DNA of 64,000 nt, from positions 1 to 64,000 of the forward strand of contig CAWJKV010000017.1 of NCBI GenBank assembly GCA_963843555.1. The letters are read 5' to 3'. The notes beneath the pieces were generated by a model, which had not been told where the DNA came from, searched no databases, and saw only the letters and a list, made by a program, of their open reading frames with translations. This DNA comes from an uncultured Methanosarcinales archaeon (GTDB taxonomy: Archaea; Halobacteriota; Methanosarcinia; Methanotrichales; Methanotrichaceae). Below are positions 11,596-23,275 of the stretch, in pieces. Every line of letters begins with the position of its first letter. The stretch's first letter is position 1. Made by a program: the position numbers and the translations under genes.

Positions 11596-14460
11596 ATGTC
11601 TTCTAATGTCACAGATATTGAGCTTAATAAGGAAATCTGTCGTGAATTAATTGATAACGCCCTGTTAGGGCTTGCAATAATTCAGAATAAGAGGTTGGTC
11701 TACGCCAATAGGAGCCTAGCGGATATAACAGGGCATACCGTGGATAATATGCTTACTCTTTCTTCCAACGACTTCATGTCCATGGTCTACCCAGATGACC
11801 AAAAAAGCATCTTGGGAGCCGTGATAGATGGTATTTCCAGCAACAGACTTCCCTTACGTCAGGAGTTTCGTATTATCAGGAAAGATGGGGGCATTGCCTG
11901 GATGGATGCTCGGGCAAATTTCATAGAATTTCAGGGAAAACCTGCTATGCAAGTTGCCTTAATAGACATAACCAGCCGCAAAAATGCTGAGGCCGAGGTA
12001 ATTGCCGCAAGAGAGGAATATAAAGAAATTCTCGGCAGCATTTGCGATGGGTTTTTTGTCCTGGATGAAAACCTGAAAATTACCTACTTCAATAAAGCTG
12101 CAGAGTCGCTGCTAGGGCGAATTGGCTCTGAGGTTGTCGGATACAATATCTTCGATGCCTTTCCTGAATTTAAGGGATCTATATTTGAAGATACATATAA
12201 CTGGGCAAATAAGGAAAAAAACACAATTTCTTTTGAGACTTACTTTGAGGCAACGCCTTATGAAAATTGGTATGATGTGCGAGTGTACCCCAGAGAGAAT
12301 GGAATATCTGTATACTTCAAGGTAATTACCGATCGTAAAAAAGCAGAGGCGGCTCTAAGGCAATCTGAAGAGCAATACCGCTTGCTCTTTGAAACTATGG
12401 TACAGGGCGTAATATATCAAGATGCTAATAGGAACATAATCTCAGCTAATCCAGCAGCGAAAAGGATTCTTGGTTTGACCTCTGAACAGCTAGAAAGCAA
12501 GACATTCAATGACCTTTGGTTGAAAGCAATTCATGAGGATGGCTCAGATTTTCCAGGAGAGACCCATCCCTCCGTAATCGCTCTAGCTACAGGGAAGACG
12601 GTCGAGAACGTTGTGATGGGGATCTTCAACCCTGACGATATGGAATATAGATGGATAAATATTAACGCTATGCCTCAATTTCTACCTGGGGAAATAAAAC
12701 CTTACCGGGTCTATAGCACCTTTGAGGATATCACCAGTGGAAAGAAGGCAGAAGACCAACTACGCACTACTTTGCAGCGCTCATACGCTATTCTTTCTAG
12801 CCTGAATGCAGGCATCTTGCTTTTGACTGATGAGGGTCGAACCGAGTATGCCAATCAAGCATTCTGCACCCTATTCAGTCTATTGGACGCGCCTCATGAA
12901 TTAGTTGGGCTCGGCTCTCAGGAAATTATCGGAAAGATAAAGAACTCTTATTTATATCCTGATGAGGAAGTCGCCTGCATCGAGGAGATCGTGAATCAAG
13001 GGCAACCTGCAAAAGGTCAAGAAGTTTCTCTGCGAGGGGGGAAGATATGCCTGCGAGATTATATTCCTATATCAATCGACGGAAAATCCCATGGTCGGTT
13101 ATGGCATCACATGGAAATAACGAAGCTTAAGCAGATCGATGAGGCACTGCGACAGAGCGAGCAAAAGTTCCGCAGCATCGTGGAGAACTCGAATGACGGT
13201 ATAAGCCTGATAGATGACAGCGGCAAGATTGTGGAATGGAATGCTTCCCAGGAATATATCACCGGCTTGAAGCGAGAAGAAGTGCTTGGCAAATTTGCGT
13301 GGGATATCGAGTTTCAACTTCGTCCAGATGAGCAAAAAACCGAGGAAGCCTACGAGAAGATAAAATCCTTTTTGCTCCGGCTTACTGATAAGGGACGAAT
13401 AGCCCTGAAGGGATGGTTTGAGGACCAGGAGATCCAGTTAGCTGATGGAACGCGCAGAACCATCCACGAGGTGCTCTTCCCCATAAAGACTAAGAATGGC
13501 TTTAGCATCGGTGTTACCACCCATGATGTAACTGAACGAAAGAAGACAGAGACGGCCTTAAGAATCAAGAACATGGCCATTGAAGCGTCCCTCGATGCCA
13601 TATGCATGGCCGATCCATCGGGAGATCTTTTCTATATCAATGACTCCATGCAAAAAATGCTGGGATATCAAAGGGAAGAGATTGAGGGACGATCTCTCCT
13701 GGATTTCTTGCAGGACCCAAGAGAAGCCGAAGAAATAGCCAGACAATTGTCTTCGACCGGCAGATGGGAAGGCGAGCTGATTGCAGAGAAAAAGGACGGC
13801 TCGCCCATTGATGTTCATCTTTCTGCGAACATTGTAAAGGATAACTCTGATAGTTCTATTTGTATAATAGGCTCCTTCATTGATATCAGCGCGATCAAAA
13901 AGATGGAGCGAAAATTATTGGAGAGCGAAGATAAATTAATGCCCCTTTTTAAAGATTTGAAAGAACGCGAAGAGCGTTTCAGGAAGATCTTTGAACTATC
14001 TCCAATCGGCATTCAGCTATTTGATGCGGAAGGTTTTCTGGTTGATTCCAACCCTGCCAGCCAGACAATAATGAGCTTTATTGATGCTGCCAGACATAAG
14101 AGGTATAACATATTCCGTGAAGTAATAACAGATATTGAGCATAAGCATAAACTGGAAAGCGGCCAAATTGTGAGTGAAGGAAGATGGATTGGGATGAAAT
14201 CCGCTAAGTCTAAGGATAATAATATAGATAAAGAGACGCCGAAGGATCGAGCAGAGAATATCTATATTGAGAATATTATAGCTTCCCTGGGAGAAGCCAG
14301 CAAACCAGAGGGATACATGTGTCTTCAGCAAGATCTTACTGAACACAGGCTGGCTGATGAAGCTATGATAAACGATAATGAACGTCTGCAGATTATTTAC
14401 AATATATGGCAGACCCGCGTTAATACAAGCAATATGAGGATAAAGGATTGGGAAGCGTAG
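11596..14460 (+). CDS. Multi-PAS/PAC sensor protein with no recognisable kinase or receiver domain
   Basis: 954 aa with repeated PAS/PAC ends (DITSRK, VITDRK, DITSGK, DVTERK, DISAIK, DLTEHR); no H-box, G-boxes or receiver domain. Confidence 0.85.
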   Translation: MSSNVTDIELNKEICRELIDNALLGLAIIQNKRLVYANRSLADITGHTVDNMLTLSSNDFMSMVYPDDQKSILGAVIDGISSNRLPLRQEFRIIRKDGGIAWMDARANFIEFQGKPAMQVALIDITSRKNAEAEVIAAREEYKEILGSICDGFFVLDENLKITYFNKAAESLLGRIGSEVVGYNIFDAFPEFKGSIFEDTYNWANKEKNTISFETYFEATPYENWYDVRVYPRENGISVYFKVITDRKKAEAALRQSEEQYRLLFETMVQGVIYQDANRNIISANPAAKRILGLTSEQLESKTFNDLWLKAIHEDGSDFPGETHPSVIALATGKTVENVVMGIFNPDDMEYRWININAMPQFLPGEIKPYRVYSTFEDITSGKKAEDQLRTTLQRSYAILSSLNAGILLLTDEGRTEYANQAFCTLFSLLDAPHELVGLGSQEIIGKIKNSYLYPDEEVACIEEIVNQGQPAKGQEVSLRGGKICLRDYIPISIDGKSHGRLWHHMEITKLKQIDEALRQSEQKFRSIVENSNDGISLIDDSGKIVEWNASQEYITGLKREEVLGKFAWDIEFQLRPDEQKTEEAYEKIKSFLLRLTDKGRIALKGWFEDQEIQLADGTRRTIHEVLFPIKTKNGFSIGVTTHDVTERKKTETALRIKNMAIEASLDAICMADPSGDLFYINDSMQKMLGYQREEIEGRSLLDFLQDPREAEEIARQLSSTGRWEGELIAEKKDGSPIDVHLSANIVKDNSDSSICIIGSFIDISAIKKMERKLLESEDKLMPLFKDLKEREERFRKIFELSPIGIQLFDAEGFLVDSNPASQTIMSFIDAARHKRYNIFREVITDIEHKHKLESGQIVSEGRWIGMKSAKSKDNNIDKETPKDRAENIYIENIIASLGEASKPEGYMCLQQDLTEHRLADEAMINDNERLQIIYNIWQTRVNTSNMRIKDWEA

Positions 14461-14508
14461 ATCTGGAGATCGGAAAACAAATTTCAAAACAATTTTTTTA
14501 AAAACATA

Positions 14509-15750
14509 CTATCTCATTACCGCCAGCGTCAGATTTCCGTGAGGCATTACCAGCATCCGTGCATCCTTACCATGCCTCTCTCGCGCCAGGGATAGGGCTT
14601 CTTCCAGAGTCTTAGCTGGAGTCATGAAGCACATCTCCGCTTTATCCCTGGGAAGTGATGATACCAGTATCAGGTGATGCCGCAGGGACTCTTTGGCCAG
14701 GAAGGCCGCCTTATGCCCTCCGAACTCGTACTCCCTTCCAAAACGCTCCCAACAGTCCTCGGCAGATGAGGCTTCACATGCCCAGCGCTCGAAGACCGGA
14801 TGGCCCAACCCCTCGCAGCACTCCGCCAGGAGGATGATAGTACCACCGGGTAAGGCAGCATCCTTGGCATTGTCGAGAGCCTTCTGAGCCTGGAAGAGGT
14901 TGAGGTCTTTGGGCCTGCCCCCGGCGCAGGTTATCACTATCTCCGCCGGGTCGACAGGGCATTGATACATCTGATCCACGACTGCAGATCCGCTTCGGTG
15001 CGCCTGGATAAAGTCGCCCGCCACTGACAGAACGATCTCTTTCCTGCTATTCAAGACCGTATTCAGGATGAAATCAAGTCCGGAAATCTTTGCGGCATCT
15101 TCCATATCCTGTCGAACGGGGCTGTCCAGCCGTCCGGTAGTCGATGCCGGATCTCTCATTAGCTCGTGATTTTTGATGACAGAACGTTCGGAGCTGACTC
15201 CGGGCAAGACGGCCTTGGCTCCGCCGCTGTAGCCCGCATAATAGTGATATTCGATATTTCCTGTGGCAACGATCAGATCCGAGGAGGCTACAGTCTCCAG
15301 GATCTCCACCGGAGTTCCCCGCCTGGTCTGGCCCAAAGAGACACAGGCTTGTGGGTCGTGCTGCATATGGGGCAGGCTCAAACAATCCTTCAGGAGGTAC
15401 TCTTCCTCTGCAGCCGTCATTCTCCGATGTGTTCCCAAAGCGAAGATGATCTTGAGGTTTTTAATGTCCAATTCCATCATTTTCTTGACAAGGGGAGGAA
15501 GCATGAGGTGGCTGGGAGCGGGCCGGGTGATATCGCTGACCAGAATCGAGGCCGATTGGCAGCCTTGAAAATCATCCAGGCTTCTTCCCAATGATTGATC
15601 GAGAGATCGCTCAATCTCTCCCGGGCCGGCCGGGGGAAGCTCTTGGGGGAGAACTATCTCTGCCTCCTCGCCAGACGGCAATTCGAGGCATCCCTGGCCA
15701 TAACCAAGCTTAATGTTCTTGATATTTGATTTCATGATATTTTTATTCAC
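14509..15750 (-). CDS. larA: Nickel-dependent lactate racemase family protein
   Basis: VSDITRPAP, FALGTHR, HYYAGYSGGAKAVLPG and NLFQAQKAL. Confidence 0.88.
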   Translation of the reverse strand: MNKNIMKSNIKNIKLGYGQGCLELPSGEEAEIVLPQELPPAGPGEIERSLDQSLGRSLDDFQGCQSASILVSDITRPAPSHLMLPPLVKKMMELDIKNLKIIFALGTHRRMTAAEEEYLLKDCLSLPHMQHDPQACVSLGQTRRGTPVEILETVASSDLIVATGNIEYHYYAGYSGGAKAVLPGVSSERSVIKNHELMRDPASTTGRLDSPVRQDMEDAAKISGLDFILNTVLNSRKEIVLSVAGDFIQAHRSGSAVVDQMYQCPVDPAEIVITCAGGRPKDLNLFQAQKALDNAKDAALPGGTIILLAECCEGLGHPVFERWACEASSAEDCWERFGREYEFGGHKAAFLAKESLRHHLILVSSLPRDKAEMCFMTPAKTLEEALSLARERHGKDARMLVMPHGNLTLAVMR

Positions 15751-15751
15751 C

Positions 15752-16609
15752 TTATGTCTTCCAGATCACAGCTCTGGTGAGCATCTCCGAAAAGGCCTCA
15801 AAAATGGGTCTGTCCGTTCGGAAGAGGAAGTAGTCTGCGCCGATTTGGTTGCAGGCCGCTCTGATGGAATCGTTGTGCTCTGCCATTCTCTTCAGATAAT
15901 CCGAACGCTCTCCTTCCGTCACGCGGGTGATGAGCGGGAGTCCCGTTTCCACATCTACGAACTTCACGTCCCCTCCGAAGCTCAGCTCAGCCTCTTCTGC
16001 TGCCAAAACCTGAATGACAATCAGCTCGTGCCCTGATAGCCGGAAGATGCTGGACAGGACCTCTTCCGTCTCCACCAGGAAGTCGGATAACAAAACTACC
16101 AGGCTTGTGGTCTTAATCTGGGATTCGAACTGTTCGGAGACATTCTTCAGGCTGGTTCCGCCCCTGGGAACGGTCTCGTCCAGCTCAACAATCGACGAGA
16201 AGAGATTTCTCCGTCCCCGTTTGGGCTCCCCCGGGTAGAACTTATTGCAGTAGCGTGAAATGGCATACTTCTCGTTCTCCAATGTGGCAAGATATGCAAA
16301 ACCGGCAGCCAGACGCGAGGCATATACGAACTTTCCGCTGTAGCCCATGCTGGCGCTGCTGTCCAGGAGAATATGCACGACGAGGCTTCTCTCTTCCTCA
16401 TGCTCCCGGATGTAAAGCTTCTCAGATCTCCCGTAGACCTTCCAGTCCACCAGCTTAAAGTCGTCTCCTTTGCGGTACTCCCTGTAGCCGACAGGACTGA
16501 TGCCGTGGCCGAAGCGCAGGGATTTCCTGCCCCCGCTGTAGGCGGTGGAGACGCGCTTCTTGACAAATAGGGCGAACCTTTCCAGCTCTTTGAAGAACTC
16601 TGTATCCAT
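15752..16609 (-). CDS. DUF58 protein (MoxR-associated, vWA-like)
   Basis: YREYRKGDDFKLVDWKVYGRSEKLYIREHEEE, LLDSSASM and LSDF. Confidence 0.9.
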   Translation of the reverse strand: MDTEFFKELERFALFVKKRVSTAYSGGRKSLRFGHGISPVGYREYRKGDDFKLVDWKVYGRSEKLYIREHEEERSLVVHILLDSSASMGYSGKFVYASRLAAGFAYLATLENEKYAISRYCNKFYPGEPKRGRRNLFSSIVELDETVPRGGTSLKNVSEQFESQIKTTSLVVLLSDFLVETEEVLSSIFRLSGHELIVIQVLAAEEAELSFGGDVKFVDVETGLPLITRVTEGERSDYLKRMAEHNDSIRAACNQIGADYFLFRTDRPIFEAFSEMLTRAVIWKT

Positions 16610-16646
16610 GATTTTATCCTATAAGATCCTTCAGATGGACATTCCT

Positions 16647-17603
16647 TCAGATAGACAGACTCCTCAATATGTCCGTAACCACCTGGTCGCGCGTCAGCCC
16701 CTTGCGCTCCGCCTCAAAGCCCAGGATGATTCTGTGCCTCAATACAGGATAAGCCATGACATGCAGGTCTTCTTTGGAGACGTAGTTCCGTCCTTGCAGG
16801 AAGGCTCTGGCCTTGGCAGAGAGGATGAGACCAATGGAGGCTCTGGGGCTGGCCCCATACTGGACGCCTTCCCACTTGCGCGTGGCCTGGACAAGATCGA
16901 CAACCGTTTTTTTCAATTCGTCGGAGACTGGTATGTCGCGACATAGCTGTTGCAGCGCGATAACCTCTTCCTTGCTGACCACCTTTTCGACTTTTGGCTC
17001 CCCGCGAATGGTGTATCTCTCCAGGATCTCCATCTCCTCTGCCTTTGAAGGGTACTCCATGAAGATCTTGAGCAAAAATCGATCCAATTGAGCTTCAGGC
17101 AAGGGAAACGTCCCTTCCATCTCAATGGGGTTTTGCGTGGCCAGAATGAAGAAAGGCCTATCCAGGAGATAGGTCTTGTTTCCTACGGTTACCTGCTTTT
17201 CCTGCATGGCCTCCAGGAGCGCGCTCTGGGTCTTGGGAGATGCCCTATTGATCTCATCCGCCAGGACGATGTTGGAAAAGACAGGCCCGGCCTCAAACCG
17301 GAACTTCTTTCCTCCATCGGTCTCATCGATGATGGTAGTGCCGGTAATGTCAGCAGGCATCAGGTCCGGAGTGCATTGAATCCTGCTGTAATCAAGGCCC
17401 AGGCTCAATGCGGTTGTCTTTACCAGAAGCGTCTTGGCAAGCCCCGGATTGCTCTCCAGGAGGGCATGGCCTCCGGAAACAATGGCGACCAAGAGCTGCT
17501 CTATGGCCACATTCTGGCCGACCATGACTTTATCTATCTCGCGCCGGAGCTTCTGGAAGATCTCAGGAGCTCTGCTGTATACTGATTTGAGGTCCTCCGA
17601 CAT
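16647..17603 (-). CDS. moxR: MoxR-family AAA+ ATPase
   Basis: LLESNPGLAKT, RIQCTPDLMPADITG, LADEINRASPKTQSALLEAMQE and LPEAQLDRF. Confidence 0.93.
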   Translation of the reverse strand: MSEDLKSVYSRAPEIFQKLRREIDKVMVGQNVAIEQLLVAIVSGGHALLESNPGLAKTLLVKTTALSLGLDYSRIQCTPDLMPADITGTTIIDETDGGKKFRFEAGPVFSNIVLADEINRASPKTQSALLEAMQEKQVTVGNKTYLLDRPFFILATQNPIEMEGTFPLPEAQLDRFLLKIFMEYPSKAEEMEILERYTIRGEPKVEKVVSKEEVIALQQLCRDIPVSDELKKTVVDLVQATRKWEGVQYGASPRASIGLILSAKARAFLQGRNYVSKEDLHVMAYPVLRHRIILGFEAERKGLTRDQVVTDILRSLSI

Positions 17604-17745
17604 TATTCTCTCCTTTTATCATTTTCTGGAGGGGTTTATGTTCTAATTATACTTTTTCCAGGTATTAGCCAGGGCATCAATGCAAGATAAGCCTTCCTGG
17701 AAAGATGTAAATATAAAGAAACAATAGTTATAAAAGGAGATATAG

Positions 17746-18147
17746 ATGGCTGACGTTGATTCCATAGGAGCCACGGTAGATGAGCTTATCAAGGCTCTCT
17801 CGGCCAAGAACATAATCGGTGAGCCGATAGAGATGGAGGATAAGGTCATCATACCCATTACCAAGATGGGCATGGGCTTTGGCACCGGTCAGGGAGGCCA
17901 AGAGGCAAATAAAGGCGTCTCAACAAGCGGAGCAGGCGGCGGAGTGGGGGTCTTTCCTGTCGCGGTTATGATCGTCTTCAAAGGAATTGCCGGGCCTGAA
18001 GGGGTAAAGGTTATTCCTCTATCAAGCCAGAGCTCCATCACGGAACCTGCAACCGGCATCACGGATAACATTATAGAAAAGATAATCCACTACCTGGAGA
18101 GCAAAGAAAAGAAGCCTTCACACACGGCCACCGTCGATATAGAATAG
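17746..18147 (+). CDS. YtfJ/GerW-family protein
   Basis: IIGEPIEMEDKVIIPITKMGMGFGTG...GAGGGVGVFPVA. Confidence 0.8.
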   Translation: MADVDSIGATVDELIKALSAKNIIGEPIEMEDKVIIPITKMGMGFGTGQGGQEANKGVSTSGAGGGVGVFPVAVMIVFKGIAGPEGVKVIPLSSQSSITEPATGITDNIIEKIIHYLESKEKKPSHTATVDIE

Positions 18148-18278
18148 ATTGCAGCTGAGGGCTGACAGGATGCAATTTCTCTTCCTTATATTGGCGCAGT
18201 CTTCGATTCCCGCAGCACTATTTCCAGGAGTCTCATTTCCACCAGCCCTATTTTCTGCTAGCCTTATTCATCCTGTTA

Positions 18279-18887
18279 TTGATAATTCTTTTATTCATTC
18301 TTCTCGCCATTCCCATTCACCTCAACTTGAATTTTAGCAAGCAAGGTCCATTAATGCGAGGAAGCTACAGAATAGCCTGGCTTGGATTCGTTTTGAGGAA
18401 AAGAGAGGTTTTTCCGCAACCAGCAGCGGATTCATTGGCATCGATCTCGGAAAAGGATGCTGAGGCAGAAAAAGGCAAGGTATATGAAGGAGGGAAAGCG
18501 GAGGGTTCAAGAGATGGGCAGAAGAGTGATATCAAGCGATCGCCTGAGCTGAATTCCTTCCTGAATGCGGCTCCTGCTATTGCACATCTCTTTATCGACC
18601 TTTTAAAATCAATCGTCTTTCAGAAGCTCTACTGCCGCCTTTGCTTTGGATTGAACGATCCTGCAGAGACGGCAGTAGTGTCTGGCTATCTCTGGTCTAT
18701 GGCGTCGACGCTGGGCCTCTTTCAGGCAAAGGTCTCCATTGAGCCTTTCTTTGAGGGAGAGCGGTTGGAGGGAGAATTTGCTGCTGAGCTGAGGATCAGA
18801 TTGCTCTGGATAGCGAAGGCAGTTATCGATGCCTTCCGGGAAAAGGAGATAAGATCGCTCATTAGAGAAATCGCCGGGTGGGATTGA
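18279..18887 (+). CDS. DUF2953-domain protein (true start probably upstream, frameshifted)
   Basis: N-terminal hydrophobic anchor and FGLNDPAETAVVSG motif; typical neighbour of YtfJ genes. Confidence 0.7.
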   Translation: MIILLFILLAIPIHLNLNFSKQGPLMRGSYRIAWLGFVLRKREVFPQPAADSLASISEKDAEAEKGKVYEGGKAEGSRDGQKSDIKRSPELNSFLNAAPAIAHLFIDLLKSIVFQKLYCRLCFGLNDPAETAVVSGYLWSMASTLGLFQAKVSIEPFFEGERLEGEFAAELRIRLLWIAKAVIDAFREKEIRSLIREIAGWD

Positions 18888-19186
18888 ACATGCCAGAGCT
18901 GAAGCTTCCAAAGGTTGTAACAGAGATCCGGGTATGCAAGGAGATAACGGCTGGCGCCAGAACCATTTTTATTGTGGTCAGGATCTCCCTCCTGGAGTCT
19001 GATGATGGGAAGATCCGTGGAAGCTGGATAATGCCTCACGCCATGCTCATCGTCGAGCCTGGAAGGCAATATGCGATCGACATCAATGGCGAGCAGATGA
19101 GCATCGAGACGATTCTGGAAGTGGCTCCTTCTCTGAAGGAAATTGTGGAAAAAGCTCGCGAAATTCACAGGATTAGAGTGGATTGA
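18878..19186 (+). CDS. Hypothetical protein in the YtfJ/DUF2953 operon
   Basis: 102-aa ORF overlapping the upstream stop codon, with plausible protein composition. Confidence 0.6.
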   Translation: MGLNMPELKLPKVVTEIRVCKEITAGARTIFIVVRISLLESDDGKIRGSWIMPHAMLIVEPGRQYAIDINGEQMSIETILEVAPSLKEIVEKAREIHRIRVD

Positions 19187-19207
19187 AATAGAATCACAAT
19201 AGTTATT

Positions 19208-19780
19208 ATGACTCTTCATCTCAATAAATCCGGTCTTCGCGTTTTAGGAGTCGCGGAGAGCTTTGTGCGCACAAGTTCCACCTCTATTCTGGCAGGCGTG
19301 GTCATGCGGGCAGACCTCTGCGTGGACGGCCTGGCCTATGCGCGGGCCACTGTGGGCGGCAATGATGCCACAGAGGCCGTGCTGAACCTCTATAGACAGT
19401 TGGACCGGGCGGATGTGAATGCTCTTCTCCTGAGCGGCATGGCCATAAGCTGGTTCAACATCATCGACCTCAATGAGGTTTGGGACGAAATTCAACAGCC
19501 AGTGGTCTGCCTGACCTATGAGGAGTCGCCGGGCCTGGAAAATTACATTCGCGCGTATTTCCCCCAACCGGAAGAGAAGCTGCGCCAATATGAGGCCTCA
19601 GGTGAACGCGTCCCTTTGCTTCTCAAGACTGGCTACGAAGTCTACGTACGCTCTTTTGGTGCCTCCAATGAGGATGCCAGGATTCTGCTCAATAAATTCA
19701 CCAGAGACGGCCGGGTGCCGGAGCCTGTAAGGGTGGCAAGGCTGGCGGCGCGAGCAGGGCTCCGAGCCGGATGGCTCTAA
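19208..19780 (+). CDS. DUF99/UPF0215 endonuclease V-like protein
   Basis: LRVLGVAESF, VGGNDAT, SWFNIID and GRVPEPVRVARLAA. Confidence 0.85.
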   Translation: MTLHLNKSGLRVLGVAESFVRTSSTSILAGVVMRADLCVDGLAYARATVGGNDATEAVLNLYRQLDRADVNALLLSGMAISWFNIIDLNEVWDEIQQPVVCLTYEESPGLENYIRAYFPQPEEKLRQYEASGERVPLLLKTGYEVYVRSFGASNEDARILLNKFTRDGRVPEPVRVARLAARAGLRAGWL

Positions 19781-20028
19781 GATCCAGATCCGCCTTTATT
19801 TTACAAACCCAGCTCAATAGCTGATCTTTGGGCAGAATAGATTTGAGCGAACCTATTCCGAGATAATTGCATGCGATAGAAAAGGGCAGAGTTGTTAAAC
19901 CGCCATCTTTTAATGCAATTGAAGGCGAAAATAGAGGTCACAAATCATCATGATAGTCGAAGATCGGATTAATGCAATTCGATATTTGCAGAAGTTTCAA
20001 ATATAAGTCATCTTTTATGGGACAGGAA

Positions 20029-22985
20029 ATGCAAACCGATCCACTGCAGAGAATCTCCCAACTTCGAGCTCAATTAGACGGTCTCAGAGCCAGGGGCCTG
20101 GCGGATCCGGATATTCTATCCAGTACGCTGTCTCATGCCTCATCCGAGCTGCAGACGATAGAAAGATTGCTTATGGAAAAAGGCAAGGAAGAAAGTGCAA
20201 GTCTCGCCTTCACAGACAGAAGAGATTATCTGGAAAAAATAATAAATTCTATTGGCGACCCGATTCATGTCAAAGACAGGCAGCACCGGGTAGTTCTGGT
20301 CAACGATGCCGCCTGCAAGCTCTTCGGCTGCTCGCGGGAGGATATGATGGGCCGGACAGCTTATGAGCTGTTCCCCTCCGAAGTGATGGCGGATATCTCC
20401 TGGGAGAAGGACGAGGAAGTATTCACTACTGGAAAGGAGAATGTTAATGAGGAGACGAATACCTATGCTCCCGGGGTGACACGCACAGTCCTTGCCAAGA
20501 AGAGCCTCTACAAGGACAAGTCAGGAAACGAGTTTCTCGTAGGAATTACGAGAGATATCACTGATAGCAAAAAGGCAGAAGAAGCTCTTCGAGAGGCCAG
20601 GGATTACCTTGAGAACTTGATCGACTATGCTAACGCACCTATCATCGTCTGGGACTCGTCCTTCAGGATAACGAGATTCAACCATGCATTCGAGAGACTG
20701 ACCCAAAAGAGCTCTGCCGAAGTGCTGGGCAAGCATCTGGAGATCCTGTTCCCTGAGAGTAGCAAGGCAAAGTCCCTGGAACATATCAAGCGCACATCTT
20801 CAGGAGAACGTTGGGAAGTCGTGGAGATTCCCATTTTAAGGGCTGACGGCTCTGTTCGGATAGTCTTATGGAATTCAGCCAATATCTACGATAAAGATGG
20901 GACCACGATCCTGACCACGATTGCCCAGGGCCAGGATATCACAGAACGGAAACATTCTGAAGATGCAATCAAGGAATCTGAAAGGCGCCTGACGGATATC
21001 ATAGATTTCCTGCCGGATGCAACTTTTGTTATCGATAAGGAAGGCAAGGTGATGGCCTGGAACAGGGCCATTGAGGCCATGACCGGGGTTCGGGCCAGGG
21101 ATATTCTGGGAAAGGGAGACTACGAATATGCCATTGCCTTTCTACGGCGAGAGGAGGCCTGTTCTTATCGATCTGGTGCTCCAAGACATAAAAGAAATCG
21201 AAAATAAATATGACTATGTCAAGAGGAAAGATGAAGCTCTGGAAGGGGAGGCGTATATGCCGAACATGAAAGAGGGAGCTGTCTACCTCTTTGGAAAAGC
21301 CGCCGTACTATACGATTCGGCAGGAAATGTCTTTGGAGCAATCGAGTCTATAAGGGATATCACAGAGCGGAAGAAGGCTGAAGAGGGCCTGGCCCAGGAG
21401 AGAAACAAGGCAGACAATGAGCGGCGACGGCTCAAAGCCGTATTGGATGCTCTGCCGGTCGGTGTGTTCATCGTCGATACCGATGGGAAAATCGCACAGA
21501 TAAATAAGCAGGCCGACCGCATCTGGTGCAATTCAGCACCGACATCCGAGGTTGTCGATTGGAGGATGTATAAAGGGCGCTGGGCCAGTTCAGGAGGCTG
21601 TCATCAAGCATGAAGACTGGCCGCTCTACAGGTCGCTGAATCTCGGTGAGACCAACATCGCCCAGGCTATAGAGATCGAGAGGTTTGATGGCAGCCGGGG
21701 AACAATACTCTCCTCCAGTGCTCCCATAAGGGATGATCAGGGAAAGATCACGGGCGCAGTCTCCGTCATACTGGATATAACAGAACGTAAGGTGATGGAG
21801 GAGGAACTGCAGAAGGCCAAGGAGGCTGCGGAGGAAGCAGTCAGGGCCAAGTCCGAGTTCCTGGCAAATATGAGCCACGAGATCCGAACTCCTCTCAATG
21901 CGGTGGTAGGTCTGACAGGATTGCTATTGAGTGCGGATTTGACGCCGGAGCAGAGGGATTATGTGGAGACCGTGCAGAGCAGCGGCAACTCACTGCTCTC
22001 GGTTATTAACGATATACTGGACTTTTCCAAGATCGAGGGGGGCAAGATGGAGCTGGAGAACCAGCCCTTCGATCTGCGTAACTGCCTCAAGGTGGCAGCG
22101 GATCTGGTGAGAGCGGCGGCGCTGGAAAAAGGATTGACTCTGACATTCACCCTGGACGAACGCCTGCCTGTGGCCTTCAAGGGTGATGTCACAAGGCTCC
22201 GTCAGGTGTTGGCGAACCTCCTCAGCAATGCCGTCAAATTTACGGATGCCGGGATGGTTGTGGTCCGGGTCACTGGAAGGCCTATTGAGATGAAAAAGCC
22301 AATCAAAGAATATGAGCTTCATTTTTCCATTCAAGATACAGGCATTGGCATTGCTAAAGAGAAGGTCGATAGGCTATTTCATTCCTTCAGCCAGATAGAT
22401 TCATCGATTACGCGCAAATACGGCGGAACCGGCCTGGGTCTCGCCATCAGCCGCAGGCTTGTCGAATTGATGGGCGGCGAGATCTGGGTGGATAGCCAGC
22501 CAGGGAAAGGCTCCACCTTCCACTTCACGATTCTTGCCGAAGAAGCTATGGCCCTGCCGACCCCCGTCGACGCTCCGGCTCAGCCTAAGAGGGCGGCATC
22601 GCGAGATGGGTCCGGGCCGAGGTCCAGGCAGCCGCGAATTTTATTGGCGGAGGACAATGCCATCAACCAGAAGGTCGCGATTCAGATGCTGAAAAGGCTG
22701 GGCTACAGCGCAGACGTGGCTGCCAACGGCCGGGAGGCTTTGCAGGCGCTGGAGCGTCAATCCTACGACATTGTTCTCATGGATGTGCAGATGCCGGAGA
22801 TGGACGGTTTGGAAGCGGCGGGCAGGATTCGAGAACTCTGGCCCTGCGGCCCCAGGATCATAGCCCTCACCGCCTACGCCCTGGAGGGCGACAGGGAGAG
22901 GTGCCTTGCCGCAGGCATGGACGAATATATCAGCAAGCCCATACAGCTAGAGGAGTTGCGAAGGGCTCTGGAGATCTTCGATTAG
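20029..22985 (+). CDS. Hybrid PAS sensor histidine kinase/receiver, frameshifted near 21130 and 21600
   Basis: PAS repeats, [33 protein letters not shown] and a receiver domain (LAEDN...LMDVQMP...KP). Confidence 0.92.
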
Positions 22986-23275
22986 TGGAAACCAAGACCG
23001 GGACTGTTCGACTTCGACTTGGAAACGATCTCCGCGGCTTGAAAAGGCTTGAAAACAGTTAACTGAATGAATTCTGGACGTTGCATATCGAATAGGGATT
23101 TAATGGCAGGAGGACATCCCATTGTCCAACCGCTCCTGCCACTGCGGTAAGGACAAGTCCCCACTCTCCCACCGCGCCAATTAGATGAATATCGCCAAAG
23201 TTAATAATTCTTTTTTTCATGTAGATCTTATGTAGATCTGATATAGATCATTTATGATTAAGATGAACGGATATA

